A stretch of 40,504 nt of DNA from Octopus bimaculoides (GCF_001194135.2 NC_068989.1:62707746-62748249), one strand, 5' to 3'. Numbered from the stretch's first letter, positions 22,097-36,400 are shown. The notes: generated by a model from the sequence alone, not told the origin. Made by a program: numbers and translations.

Positions 22097-24207
22097 ATAT
22101 CAAAGTAAGCAGCAGGATATCAAGTAGTGATGCAGTACGACCGTTTCAAGCGCCTCTATTTAATTGAACAATACTACCGTTACATCAATTTAAATACAGT
22201 GCCATCTTCGGCTGCGCAAATAAATACATGGAATTTTTAACCAGTCCGACTCATTAATATAATTTTTATCAAATACTTTAATAGAGCAAGAAGAAATTCT
22301 TTTTGTTGCTATTGTAAGTAAGAATGCATTGCACTTCCAAGAATCGCATGAAACTCATTGGTGTCATAGCTCTAAAGGATTCTAATTCGTTACTAATTAA
22401 GTTATCTCTTTATCAACTACTAAATCTTAGACTAGAAGACTGTGTCTGTTTTGAATAAAGTGCAAGAGTGAGTTGACAGCTCAGAGCTAGGTATGGTCAT
22501 AAATACTATCATATATATACTTTTTCCTCGGGGAAGAAAAGAAGACATTAGGAGTAGTTAATTGGATATAAAGTAACTGTTTATATAAATAAAGATAATA
22601 TTGTTTTTTTAAAATAGCGATCATATCAAGTGGCCAGGAATTAAAACCTTATATGTATTAATAATTATTAAAATTATAATTACGGGTATCTAAGAGATAC
22701 GACGATGCTAGAGTTAGCAGTTAAAACCTGACTCTAAGACCACTTCATACATTCATACAGCACACGGAGAAAAGACACATAGACAAATAAACTGGAAATT
22801 TTTTTGGATAATATCAGATCTGGATTTCTGGCCTCGTATAAAAAATATACTCTGTCTCACGAGTGAGATATACACATATAATACATAATTTCAAATATAT
22901 ATATACTACAATGGCTGCTCAACTGCGTGTTTCTGAGTAACATCTCACAAATATTTGTATAAAACCATATTCTACGTAGGTGTGTGTGTGTGTGTGTGTG
23001 TGTGTCGCGCGCGAGTTCCTATGTATATATTTGGAAATATACGTTTTGTGCGTACTGTTATGTTCCCGCTATTTATATATTCTGTTCAACATCCTATACA
23101 AGAACAGCTGTGGGCCATAATTGTATTTGAAGATAGGTTTCTGGTTTTTTTGTTCGTACTTATATAGAGCAAGTATTGTAAATAAAAAGTAATATCGAAC
23201 TATTCATGTATGGCATCATTTGCTGACCATGTTAAATATCATATATAACACACTGAACACGTTTTATACTACCATACCATAGTTTACCAGTTTACATATA
23301 ATCAATTGTTCTCGAACGTATTGACATATGCAAGTTGAATATAAATTAGCTGCGCAGCAGAGTTGTTTAGCCAGTGAAGAATACGTGGTTTAAGTTAAAT
23401 AAGTTTTGTCATACCAGTTCCAGTTATATGAATTTATACACTTACATTCACATAATATCTGTATATGCACACACACAGAGGCACGCGCGTATCTATGGGT
23501 GTGTGGGGGTGTAGATACATGATATAAAATATTAATACCTACCTTCATTTATTTGTTTCATCGTCCCTTACATTAGAACGGTGAAAAGTCGTTTCACACA
23601 GTTTGAAAAATCTATCAGAGAGTTAGCTTTGTGAGATGCATAAAAAGATAACTTTAATTCCACTGAATTATTCGCCGATACTCATGTACAATATATTTGT
23701 CTGCTCTTCCCTCTCTCGCTCCTCCTTTCTAAATATTTACCTATCTTTATCTATTTATCTCTCTATTTATCTAATTATATATACATACATATATATACAT
23801 ATATAGCTGTCTGTGTATGTATGCATATATGTGTGTATGTATGTATGTATCTATCTATCTATCTACTTATCTATCTATCTGTCTACCTGGATATTTATCT
23901 CTATCTCTCTTCATCTTTCATTTAGTCAGGCACCAACAGATACACACTTATATTCATGCTCTCATACATAGGACACAAGGAAAAAAATAATCTATTTTCT
24001 ATGGTGCCATTGTAATATTCTGAAAAGAGAGATCCAACCGAGAGACGAAAACATGCTTTGCCTAAATTTAAATTTTAACCACGATTACAAAAGCCTCTTT
24101 GTAAAAGTCACCTCTGTTCATCGTCTGCTTGGCACCATGTCTCAATACATTGTGTCACAAACTCATGCATACATATACACGTACATATATGTATACGCAC
24201 TGATATT

Positions 24208-24238
<31 letters not shown>

Positions 24239-24408
24239 NNNNNNNNNNAATATAGAAATAAATATGTAGTTATATATATATATATAATTTTCCAGTAAAT
24301 TTTGTAATCGTTACCAATATAGCATAAGACTTCACCCCAAAGGATCATTGATTAGATTCCTTAAGGATCGTTCTCATTGTTTATATTTCCAAGGTTTCAA
24401 ATTTGTAC

Positions 24409-24896
24409 TTTAAAAGGAGAGAAATTCAACACCGTCGATTTTTTCCATTTATTTAATATCCGATGTCAACATTTCTGTGCTTGACTCTATCCAACGATCG
24501 ATCTGTTGAATATTTAATGTTTCGCACTTCATCAGGAATAGTTTCCATTAGAAAAAATTACCAAAAAAACACAATTAATCCATCGAACAGAACAGATTAT
24601 TAAAAATTATTGAACTATACCATTTTCGTTCGCCATGCTGCCTTGTTTATTTTGTTAAACAAGGCAGCATGGCGAACGAAAATGGTATAGTTCAATAATT
24701 TTTAATAATCTGTTCTGTTCGATCAATTAATTGTGTTTTTTGGTCATCTGTTATAATGGAAACCATTCCTGATGAAGTGCGAGACGTTAAATATTCAACA
24801 GATCGATCGTTGGATAGAGTCAAGCACAGAAATGTTGACATCGGATATTAAAGAAATGGAAAAAAACCGACGGTGTTGAATTTCCCTCCTTTTAAA
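24409..24896. repeat. Long inverted repeat, two 241-bp arms with a 6-nt spacer; each arm has a hammerhead-like CCTGATGAAG..CGA(A/G)AC motif; probable PLE pLTR foldback
   Basis: Arms 24409-24649 and 24656-24896; about 12 substitutions and 2 indels by manual alignment. Confidence 0.95.
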
Positions 24897-27800
24897 TATA
24901 TATATATATATATGCAATCATGTATGGAGGTATGTATATACGTATTATATATAAATGTATAAATATAAATGTACATGTGTCTATACCCATATATAAGTAT
25001 GTACATGTATATATACACACATACATACACAGACGATGATGAATCGTAATAGTCGTCTACAACGTACTTTGGAATGGTTAATTGACACTGCTCCTCTTCC
25101 CGAAAAAAAAAATCAACAGAATGTTCATGACATTTGATCGCATTTATTATTCATTAATAAACGCTATTCTTAATTTTGTGATTACGAATATTGTGTACAT
25201 ATTCAATTAAAACATAACAGAATTAACAATTTATATAACAACCGACAACGCCTATCACAAGCTCGAGAACATACGAGTAATTAATTGTTCTCTTTATCTT
25301 TTTAATATTCTATAAAGTTTTGAATAATTTATCATTAAAAGTATTTATCAAATTTTGAAGGGGATTGTTTTTATTGTTATTATGCTTGTTTTAGTTTTTA
25401 TATAAATTATTCATGGTTCTATTTGGTTAATGCATTTTTAATTGACACATCATCGTTATATTTCCGGAATTGATGTAGACTTCTATTGGATACTAACGCA
25501 GTTATTTTTGTACCGATTTTCGACATATGTTTACATTATCAAACTAAAGATTATAGAATTATAATTAAATACATCTGTCTCATGAGACTGACAACTTTAT
25601 ATAAAAAATAAACTAAAACTGCAAAAACAATATTATACTATGTCTATTTTGAAACTATTTTCAATCAATTTAAACCAATAGGCTCTGTATATTATTTATA
25701 TAACTTATATCAAATTTTCTTGTCTTTATATAGAGATATATACGGTAAGATATTTTGTTTTCTGTATTTGAGAGAAATATCCCATTTCCTTTCTAATCAC
25801 TTATCTTTCTATTCAACTGCAACATCAGATGTTTCCGTTGACACATTAAGAAATATATATATATGCACGCATATAACATATATAATTAGATAGATATGAA
25901 TATAAATATGCTCTTTATGAGACTATAATTTTATTATTTTTTATTCGATTCCATCAGGTTATGAGATGGAAGTATGACGTGGTGCTTAGTGCGGTTTCAT
26001 GGCTATAACCTAGAAGCAAGTTTGGTTGAGATGATACAATAACTGAAAAGCAGATGATAGTTTGGTGGTCTGTATAATATTATCTCTATCTTTAGCTCCA
26101 TGCTAAGACATACTTCGAGGACCTATGATTAAATGTCTTCTGTTCTTGATTATGGTTTGATTATTCCAGTTATATTGGAATATGTGAATGATTAAATATT
26201 TCCATAATCACGAATTCATTTCTTGTATACCCATGCTCTGCTCGTGTTTAATCTTAGTCATATGCCATTGATTCCCTTTCGACCAGATATATTGAAGTGG
26301 TTGAATTCTGTAAGCTTCGTCGCCAAGGCTCAATGTCTTGAAAACAATCCAATCACACCTGTTAAAGGAAACATTAAGGCACAAAACTGAAATCTATGCA
26401 TAAATATATAGGTTTACGCTCAAAAGAAGGAACATATGCTTCACGTGAATCAAAGCGTTCACACAAACCTATATAAAAAAAATATGACTTATACATACAA
26501 ATATATGTGTGTGTGTGTACATATGTATACACACAAATGTATATATATTTGATATATATATATATGGAGGTGATATTCACCAGCTGGCTTCAAGAGAATG
26601 AATTTATCGAGTTACTGTTACCAACACTGTATTTATAAAAAATATAGCCCTCTAATCCAGCTAGGCACGTCTTCCACTTCCTGGTGTTATTTTTCATGGT
26701 TTCTATTTTACTCCCTATCACACATTCACCCATCCGCTATAACACCTTGCAATATCTTAAACTACCTAAACATCTTACGGCTCTAATTTAAAAATAAAAC
26801 AGAGAACAAATAATGTATAGCAGCTATATGAAATATTATTTCTTTACTTGTTTTACAATGTTTCTCTCAAGCACGGATAAACATATATTCTAATACAGAG
26901 GATGCTGTTACATAAACATTACTACACATTCCAAGAACCTATATCTAATAAACTACCCATATTCCTGAAGTACCCGTAAATCTGAAGCTACTTCTTAACA
27001 TATGTAGCTAAAATAGTTCTTTAGCTGCCAAGACATGAAAGCTTTCACACGAATACTTTGAGAACGCATACAACGTTTAGTCAAGACTTACCATAAATCG
27101 CCTTTAAATATATTCCGTGGTATTCCCTAACGCAACTAGATGATACAAGAAGGTGATTAAGCTTCGCTTAATCCGAAACTATGTAAAATATTTTCGCATG
27201 TATAATTAAATAAATTTCCATCCAGTAACCAATTATGTTATTACGTTAAAGTAATAATACTTTCATAACTTGCAAAGAAAGTGGGTGTTCGCAAATGGAA
27301 AGCTTAGGGAAAAAAATTCTACCTTCAACCACATTAACACACATGCATATACACATATGGAGAGACAGGCAGGCAGATAAGATAGATATTTATGCGCACT
27401 CATTCAAACATATATCAATAAAATATGAATTATACGTACAAATATGTGTGTGTGCGTGTGTGTACATATGTATACACACACAGGTATATATATTTGATAG
27501 GTGTAGATATGGATGCACATACAATTCTCAAAATTTCAAGATGTCTACATATTTTCGGCATAGACTGTAGTTTTAGTGTGCCGATACTAAATGATATGTA
27601 ATGCTTATTGATGCTTTCAAGGAAAAAAAAATGTTTCTGTTTCTTTTTTGATGGAGGTAGAATAGTGATTGATATAGTCTTCGTGTATTCTTTGATTTAT
27701 TTCCATAATCTCCAAAGTCGATTACATGAACAAATCCAACTTCGTTGGCTAAAGCATAAAATTGCATTAGCAGTATTGAGTTGTACTGCCTTAAATCTTC

Positions 27801-28221
27801 GGCTTAAGCTAATACTTTGTGTTTAAATACATTTGACACTTTCTAATTTCTTTTAAGATTAAATGGTCTTGCGTATTAAGTGTTATTTGGTCGGCACGTG
27901 ACTAAACATCACGAGTGTTCTCTGCTGTGTGTAGGTATCATTTTTTATTCTTACTTGTCTTACGCTGTGTTGCTCGTGGGTTTGTGAATGTGCGCGATTG
28001 TTATAGTGCTTTGCGTGTATGTGTATGTTTGTGTTAGAAATTATATCATAAGTCATGTTTATCTTCTTTTAGTGAAGTTATATAATTTTAATTTTAGAAA
28101 TTAAAATAATGCACTGTGTATGATCTTTAATATTGGGAAGTTGAATTAAACGATCGTGGTCAGAATTCTCTTTTACTATTATTATATGCGTTGCATAAAT
28201 TGCTGAGCAAATAGAAACATT

Positions 28222-28290
28222 AGAGAGTTCAAATCCTGCCGAGGTCAAGTTCCGCTTTTGTCATTTTGGTATTGATAAAATTTGTAGTAG
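28222..28290 (+). mobile_element. Highly degraded fragment of the 9116-9542 SINE body
   Basis: GAGTTCAAATCCTGCCGAGGTCAA resembles GAGTTCAAATTCCGCCGAGGTCGA. Confidence 0.4.
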
Positions 28291-28312
28291 TTGGGCAAAT
28301 TGGTAGTAGTAG

Positions 28313-28810
28313 AGACGTTTATTAATTTTTAAGAAGTACAGAGTAGGATCATCTTTCAAAGTAGGATCATCTCACTTCAATGCCCTTCTCTTAACGCTCC
28401 AGCCACTTCGGGAAGGTACGATGGAAGTTCTCCAAAGGAAGCTTTCCAGGGACCTTGTCACAGTCTCATGTATCTTAAAAACAACTCCATCTGAGTTTCT
28501 TCTTCAGCTCGAGGAAAAACCAAAAGTCAAAGGCTCAAGATCTGGACGGTAGGGAGGGTGAGGGACACTTTTGATGCCCGTCTCTGTTAAGTAGTTGATT
28601 CCCAGGATGATCGTCACCGAGGAGCCTGAACTCTATGCTTATAGTTTGTTTTTTTTTCTAGACACACGTCTGTCTTCAACCAGCAAATTGCTAAGTTCCC
28701 CAGCTCAGATATTCTGAGGTTACTCTCCCTCTCACACGTTTCATCGTCTCTTATCTCCTTCCAAGTGTCCTTGAACTTCCTGTTCCAGCAAAAAAGTGAA
28801 TCCAAAAGCA
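28313..28810 (-). mobile_element. Internally deleted mariner transposase remnant
   Basis: N-terminal RKFKDTWKEIRDDE joined to C-terminal YLTETGIKSVPHPPYRPDL, DFWFFLELKKKLR, FHRTFPKWLER, SYFE. Confidence 0.8.
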
Positions 28811-29153
28811 GACTGGAGTATATGTAAATTTTATGTAGCGAGTTTCGCCCACTTTAACACGAAACCTCATTGCATAACGAGCTCCCAAACGTACCAACAA
28901 CATTCAGAAAACTAACCAACTGTGATCAGTAGGATTTAGTAGGGTGTGAACAAATAGTTATTACAGCTGTCACCTTTAATCTGGAATAGCAAAATTTGGC
29001 GGTCAGTCTATTAGATGCATAGAAATGAAGAAAAAAGCATCACAATAATCTATCTACAACAGCTATAACTGTTGTTCTTAAAACCGTCTCAGGACTGGAA
29101 TGCAATGCGTACACATACACATGCGCACACGCGCACACACTCACACGCACAGC

Positions 29154-29229
<76 letters not shown>

Positions 29230-30553
29230 TTTCCTTGAACTTCCTGTGCCAGGAATTGCGTGACGAATAACTATTGTTGAAAACTCCGCGTATTTTCCAG
29301 TGTGGCTGCTACACGGATTATATTAAGAATACTGTAGAAAGCATAAGGGATAATTTATAAGATATTTAGATAGTATATCAAATTTCATACAATCAATCGC
29401 TCATATTTTGCTTTGTGTTTGTGAGTGTTCGTCTCAATGGCAATGTTTACATACGTTTTTATATTTCAAACAACCTTTGTTAAATCTGGACTTTATGAAA
29501 ATGTGAGAATTAGTCAATTAACATATTTAGTTTAACAATATATGCACCCAACTGAAAAATGCTTTAATAAAGGTGCAGTTCACTGACTGTATCCATTAAA
29601 TATGATAGCGATAATTTAAGCGAGACTAAATGGAATTTGATAAATTTCATCAAGGACAAATATAAAAGGGTGATTGTCTTGGCAGATAAATAAAACTTCG
29701 CATCCGACTACTTATAGATTATGATATAACATGTCTTCAATTTCGTTATCAGAGTAAATATTTTAGTATCCTCATTTCATTGTAAATTATTTCCGAGTCT
29801 CAGTAAAGACAATTCCGCATAGATATTAGTAAGGCTGAATATGAGTAATATCAAATTACAGTGGTCACTATAAATATTCTCAGTAGTTTTCCAGCATGTA
29901 TGTCTCGAATAAGCAGTTAAGACTATTTATTATGTAAAAAGCATTTCTGCATTCTAGAATATCCACAGGATAGTATTCTCTGGCACTATAGAGAATGATA
30001 GAGAACTAAAATTTCATCGCTGTTATTAATAAATGTGCACTCACCATGAATAGCAGGTTTATATTTGCAATGCCAATATATATAGCATCGTAATGAACAT
30101 TATATGTGTTGTTGATGCATTAGAAATGACACCATTGGAATAGTACTTACACGATGTCTTAACTGCGCATGTGTAGGCGTCATTAATGGAAATTCATTTG
30201 ACAAGCTTCTTCTTCGGAATTCTTGAATATATCTCAATTCATGGAACCAGTGTGAGTATACATGATATGTACATATCCTTTATGCATTTGGACATTATAC
30301 GTATTTGAAAGTTAACGAAAAAATTGTGTTATTGTCAGTTGCTGTCCACTAATTTTATAAACTACTTTAAAATATTGATTTATGAAGAGAGGGCTTATAT
30401 ATGGTAGATACTATTAATACCTGGAGACTATAGTAAACTATATGTAGACCATTTAGTAGATCATAGTTAAAGTGACATGGTCAATATTACAATTCAATAA
30501 CACTGACACTTGCGTAATGGCGTGCTGTTTAATTCTTTATTGGAATATATTAT

Positions 30554-30848
30554 GGCACTGGCACTTCGTCGGTTGATCCGAGCACGGAACAACCTGCTCA
30601 TGAAATTAAGATTTAACTGGCTGAGCACCCCACAGGAATGTGTACACTTAACGTAGTTCTCACCGAGATTCAGCATCACATCATGATAAGGCTGTCCCTT
30701 TGAAACACAGCTACTACTCATTTTTGCCAGCTGGAGCAACGTGAAATAAAATGTCTTACTCAAGGTCACAACACATCGCTGGGAATTGAACACACAGCCT
30801 TGCGATTGCGAGTTAAGTACCCTAACCACTAATCCATGCACATTCACA
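30554..30848 (-). mobile_element. tRNA-derived SINE with CORE-like body; 3' tail shared with the 9910-10298 family
   Basis: Head GCATGGATTAGTGGTTAGGG...GTGTTCAATTCC; GTGACCTTGAGTAAGAC; TSD GGAATATAT(T/C)AT at 30542-30553 / 30849-30860. Confidence 0.75.
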
Positions 30849-32011
30849 GGAATATATCATAATGAATGCTAAAATTGAGTACGCCTGTGAGCATGTAGAC
30901 CCACACATCTCTGAGAAGAGAAAAGATTTAAAGAATCGGAGAAAACCATGTGGCAAGCATAATGTATCGGTCGATAAATATATCACCTTTGATGTGATAT
31001 TCTTGCATATGTTACATCTATGGAATAATTTTCCTCCAGTATATCGGAAATATTGAAGTTCGAGAAAAATATAATCTAAAAGATTTAGGGCACAACATCT
31101 TGTAATGCGCTGAATAATGTTCCTCTTACACGGTGGAAAACTTCTAGATTATAGAGGTAGCATCCTTTCACAAATAAGGCTTTCGGTTTATGAGAGGGCT
31201 CCTGGTTTCTGATAAAGATCGAAGGGATAAATACATGTCTTATTGGAACGAAGGAAATGTTTTAGATATTTTATCTCGGTCACTTTATTTCAATCACTCT
31301 CCCAATCTCCCATTGCGGATGACAAGCATGTCGCCTTGAATATCCTTCAGACTCATTACCACATTATCTCTCAACAAATGACTAACCTCAACTCACTACA
31401 AACCGCAACACTCTGTTGTCTATTCTAACTTCCCCGTCATTAGGTTACCGTATGCCTTTCTACTATTCCATTTATCAACATCTTATTTCTATTGTAAGCC
31501 TGCAATATAAACAAGCATCATAATTTAAGTAGCAGTTCCATTTCATTGTCTTTAACACATCTTATAACTTTTACTTCCTCTTTGATCAAGGATAAAGCTA
31601 CCAAAGCCTCACATGTTCTTCAGTTTATTTTAGGGCCACGAATATTTATACTTTGTGCAATGTTTGTTCTTATTTCGTTTCAAATTTTCTACTTTTATTT
31701 CACTACGTATTTTGCTACTTCCTATATCATTTATTTGTTTGTCGCTTCATAACACTGTTTTTATTTGTTTTTTGCTTATTTATATATGCATGCACATGCG
31801 CGTGTGTGTGTTTGTGTGTGTGTGTGTGTGTGTTTGTGTTTGCTAACACATGACACGTGATATTTTTGTCTATTACTTGAAAAAAATTTTCAATAGAAAA
31901 ATATACGACTGAAAACATTATGTCGGCATATACCTTATTGCGTTTTCCTGAATTTTATCAGAAATAAATTAATCCTGTTTTATTTTATTTATCTTTTTTA
32001 GAAGGTTTGGC

Positions 32012-32065
32012 TTGCTTACCGAAATGCATTTATTTGGTTACAAATAAATGCATTTCGGTCAGCAA
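32012..32065. other. Near-perfect hairpin/palindrome: 25-bp stem with 1 mismatch, 4-nt loop
   Basis: TTGCT-t-ACCGAAATGCATTTATTTG-gtta-CAAATAAATGCATTTCGGT-c-AGCAA. Confidence 0.9.
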
Positions 32066-32273
32066 TAATTAGTTCAGAAACATAAAATTATCAAGGGAAT
32101 AGGTCGTACCTGATAAAACAGAATGCCGTTATATTGTACAAACGTATGTCAAAAAGATTCGTTCTACTGTATGTGTTAGACTTATTACTCGGAGGAATTA
32201 GAGCACTTCACTTTATATAAGATGTGACACTGTTTCATAGTAAATAAGCAAATACATACATGCATACATTGAA

Positions 32274-32314
<41 letters not shown>

Positions 32315-32482
32315 NNNNNNNNNNNNNNNNNNNNNNNNNNNNNNNNNNNNNNNNNNNNNNNNNNNNNNNNNNNNNNNNNNNNNNNNNNNNNNNNNNNNNN
32401 NNNNNNNNNNNNNNNNNNNNNNNNNNNNNNNNNNNNNNNNNNNNNNNNNNNNNNNNNNNNNNNNNNNNNNNNNNNNNNNNNN

Positions 32483-32532
<50 letters not shown>

Positions 32533-33782
32533 TAATGAATTAGCAAGCACGACCAGAGATTAAAGTGGAACGCAAAAACACAACTATCTACTTTCTGTAT
32601 TTGTTTGTTAATCAAAGAACACTTTTATTTTTCGATGCTTCAAAAGTTGTTTTGCTGCATGTGTACTCTACTAGATCATGTAGGATTTGTTTGAAAAGAA
32701 CAATCATTTATTATCTATAACACATATTACTATGTACGTTATATGATTTCATTATATACTTTTCTGCATGCGGTCGTTCGTTTTAGAATTTTCTCCTTCC
32801 TAAGTAAATGGAAACATTTAGAACAAATCGATTCTGTATTATCTAGGGAGGCCAAGAACACCACAAATAATGCAAACACTCTTTACATGTGTTTTTGAGG
32901 ATGGCAATGTCAAATACCATGAAACTGTTATTTGAAACTAAAGATCACCGTTCTGCAATAGTTCCATGTGATTTTCCCACTTTAAGATTTATTATTGTTG
33001 GTACCCAAATTGTCATATTTGTTGGTATCCAAATTATGTACATCATTTTTGTCAAAAATGAATATTACTATTATCTCATACACTTGATATGAGTATAAAC
33101 CTACAATAGAAATTCGTTAGCCACATTTATTTTTGATATGCAATAGGAAAAGGTGTAACGCTTCTTGTTAGCTTCTCTCTGGCCGACTAATAACATTATA
33201 ACTATATGTTTATACTGTTCATGTATGAAATGGGAGTTAATAGATTATGACTGATATCACTAATAATATTAGTTAAAGAATACCTTTACTCATTAAACAA
33301 GTAAATGCCTTGAAATAAAAGTGAAGGGCACAGATATGTGAGCTAATTTAACTCAGTTTGAAGAGGTCTAAAATTTTAGATATTTATGGTTCCAATATTC
33401 CAAACTTCTGACAGATGCAGTGTTACTGACATTTTGCGTATGGTTTCCTCTCTCTAGAGAAAGTCGTTTTCGAAATACAAGCGTATATAAAGAAATATTT
33501 TGTCGAGTAGCAAAGACATATGATGAACATTCTAGAGTCCATTTTATTCGCGTCATCATAACGTATACATACTCTATGTATCAGAAAACTGTATTAAAGC
33601 CAAACTCTCTATGTATTTATAATTAGTTCACCACACGATTAGAGAATAAAATGTTAAACTGATTATAATTATCTACCATATACTCGATTGTTTATATTTC
33701 AATGTCAATAATGAATATCGCATGATGCACATCTGTTAGTTCTTTACCGAGGCATAATATTTAGCTGTATAATGCAGAATTT

Positions 33783-34405
33783 ATGTAGCCTCGGGCCGAC
33801 GAAAGCCTTGTGAGGAAACTGAAAAAGCCCCTCGTATATATATATATATATATATATATNNNNNNNNNNNNNNNNNNNNNNNNNNNNNNNNNNNNNNNNN
33901 NNNNNNNNNNNNNTGTGTGTGTGTGTGTGTGTGTGTGTTTGTGTGTTATTTCTTCACTACCCACTAGGGGCTACACACAGAGGGGACAAACAATGACAAG
34001 ACAAACGGATTAAGTCGATTATATCGACCCCAGTGCGTAACTGGTACTTATTTAATCGACCCCGAAAGGATGAAAGGCAAAGTCGACCTCGGCGGAATTT
34101 GAACTCAGAATGTAGCGGCAGACGAAATACCGCTAAGCATTTCGCCCGGCGTGCTAACGTTTCTGCCAGCTCGCCGCCAATGTGTGTGTATGTGTGTGTA
34201 TCTTTGTACCTGTGTTTCTCACCACCGCTTGACGATTGGCGTCGGTTTGTTTGCGCCCTTGTAACTTAGCGGTTCGGCAAAAGATCGATAGAACAAGTGC
34301 CGGGCTTTAAAAGATAAGTACTGGGATCAATTCATTGTACTAAAAATTGAAGGCGGTACTCCACCATGGCCATGCTCTAGTGACTGAAACGAATAATAGA
34401 TGAAA
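33783..34405 (+). mobile_element. 5'-truncated copy of the 12324-12736 SINE family, interrupted by a gap and a nested SINE
   Basis: TAGCCTCGGGCCGAC...GAAACTGAAAAAGCCC-(TA)n, then after the insert CACCACCGCTTGAC...AACTTAGCGGTTCGGCAAAAGA...GGCGGTACTCCACCATGGCC...TGACTGAAAC. Confidence 0.7.
33947..34178 (-). mobile_element. Monomeric tRNA-derived SINE, same family as the 5' monomer of 9116-9542
   Basis: GGCGGCGAGCTGGCAGAAACGTTAGCACGCCGGGCGAAATGCTTAGCGG...GAGTTCAAATTCC...GTAGCCCCTAGTGGGTAGTGAAGAAAT. Confidence 0.9.
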
Positions 34406-36346
34406 GGGAATCGAAAATCAGGTCGATATATATCTTCTGTGTTCGAAATATGATATATGTAGCAGTAGCGTTTTCCCACCCAGAGTAGCAGGACTCCAAT
34501 GTTTCTCCTGTTAGAACCACGGGAAATATCAGATACTGACTAGAATTACTGTATTATTTAGCTCTGTGTAGGAGACCTTTTCATTATGTCACAAATTATA
34601 TCAAAGGATCATCAGTAAATTAATCAATCAGCTTCTGTATCATTTTCGGAATATTTATGATTTGATTTACAGTCTCTTATTCATCTGTAAAATGGAACAT
34701 AAGACTTGAGAAAATTGGAGGCGGCTAATCATATCTTATCCCTCAGACCAGATTTGACCATTGATACATCGACTGCGTGACGAGTTCTCATACACCTTAC
34801 TAAATATCACCAAGTTATAATTTGAACAGAAATAACAGATGCTCTTCCCACAAATGATGCGCAATGAAATCAGATATTTGCATATGATATTAATAGTTAA
34901 GGATATTAATATTAATAAATACTTAAAAATGTGCTATTATTTCAATTATCCTACGCTTACAATTTATCTAAAAAAATACCAAATACGGTTACCAAATTCT
35001 GGAAATTTTAAAAACTTCATATTAAATTTTTTAAATAATATAAAATGTGTATTACTTTAATCTTTTGCTTTATAATTGTTTATTTCCATTTCAAATTTAT
35101 TCTCATGCTTCATGTCATGACGGACGTAATGATTATATAACTTGAATTAACTATGACTTAAGAAGTCCCACGCGTATTTCTGTTACTATTATTTCTCAAG
35201 GAAGATTTCAAAATTTGAAGTTCAATTTATACATAAAGGAATACTAAGAATAGTAATGTACGGAGAGCGATACTGGTGAATATATTATGTCATTACTCCT
35301 CAATGATCTAGTTATTCATCAGAATAAAAAAATTACTTTGAATAATCTTCAGACCGTATTGTATAAGTCCTGTCGACAATATGTTTTCAATAGCATTTAG
35401 ACAAATATATTACTGTCATTGATCGAAATTAATAAGAATCGAAATAAATTTCGTTATATTTAATGATCATACTAAAAAGAGAGCAAACAGCGCAGCCAAG
35501 TTTTATAAATGATATTAATTTTCTTTCTCTTTTCAAGATATTAACATAGTATATTTACCTCAAAAGAAAACTTTTAATGAATTAAATCTTTTATCGGAAA
35601 AATAAACTACAAATGTAATGGGAAGTCATTTATATCTGTCAAATAAAATTTGTATTATCTGACGGGATGATGAATTTCGAATAAAACATTATATTATATA
35701 AGTTATACTATGGTGATGATTCTAGAACACCGAAATGTAAATTAAAAGTTACAAAGATATGGATAAGAATAACATATAACCGGTAAATGACATTTCACCG
35801 AGAAGCTCAACGGTTTAGAAACTGCACCAACAAATGTGACATAGGAAAACTAAAACATACACTACATACACAAGCGCACAGCCATGCACTCCTCAAAATT
35901 ATATATATTTATGTAGACAGATATATGTAGACAGATACATACAGGTATGTGTTTGCGTGCATGCGTACGTATGTGTAGGTATGTATACAGGATGTCTTAC
36001 ATGTCTCTCACTACATGAACAATACTGTTGCTCTTATTTGCGAATGAAACACGTGCATTAGTGAATAAGTATTACTCAAACAATTACAATCTCGACTTCA
36101 TATATATATATATATATACATATACATAGATATGTGTCAATAGAGAATGTGGTTTGTATTTGGCAGAAAAGAAAGTAAAGTCAAATTCGATCGCAATAGC
36201 GTTGCAAGTACAGCAGAGAACGATAGAGTATTTAGCCTTATAAATTACCTCCTGGTAAAATTATTTCCACTTTATAAGGGTAAATACCCAATTTTTATCT
36301 TCTCTCCTTACAGCTCTACTGCGTTCGAAATTTACTTTTTTGTTTG

Positions 36347-36400
<54 letters not shown>

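Noticed and set aside
24409-24896. piggyBac/MITE interpretation from TTAA near the ends
   Set aside because: No CCC-type TIR start or clear TSD; the hammerhead-like motif favours a PLE origin, though a MITE is not excluded.
27573-27767. Minus ORF MQFYALANEVGFVHVIDFGDYG...
   Set aside because: No family match or splice support; expected by chance.
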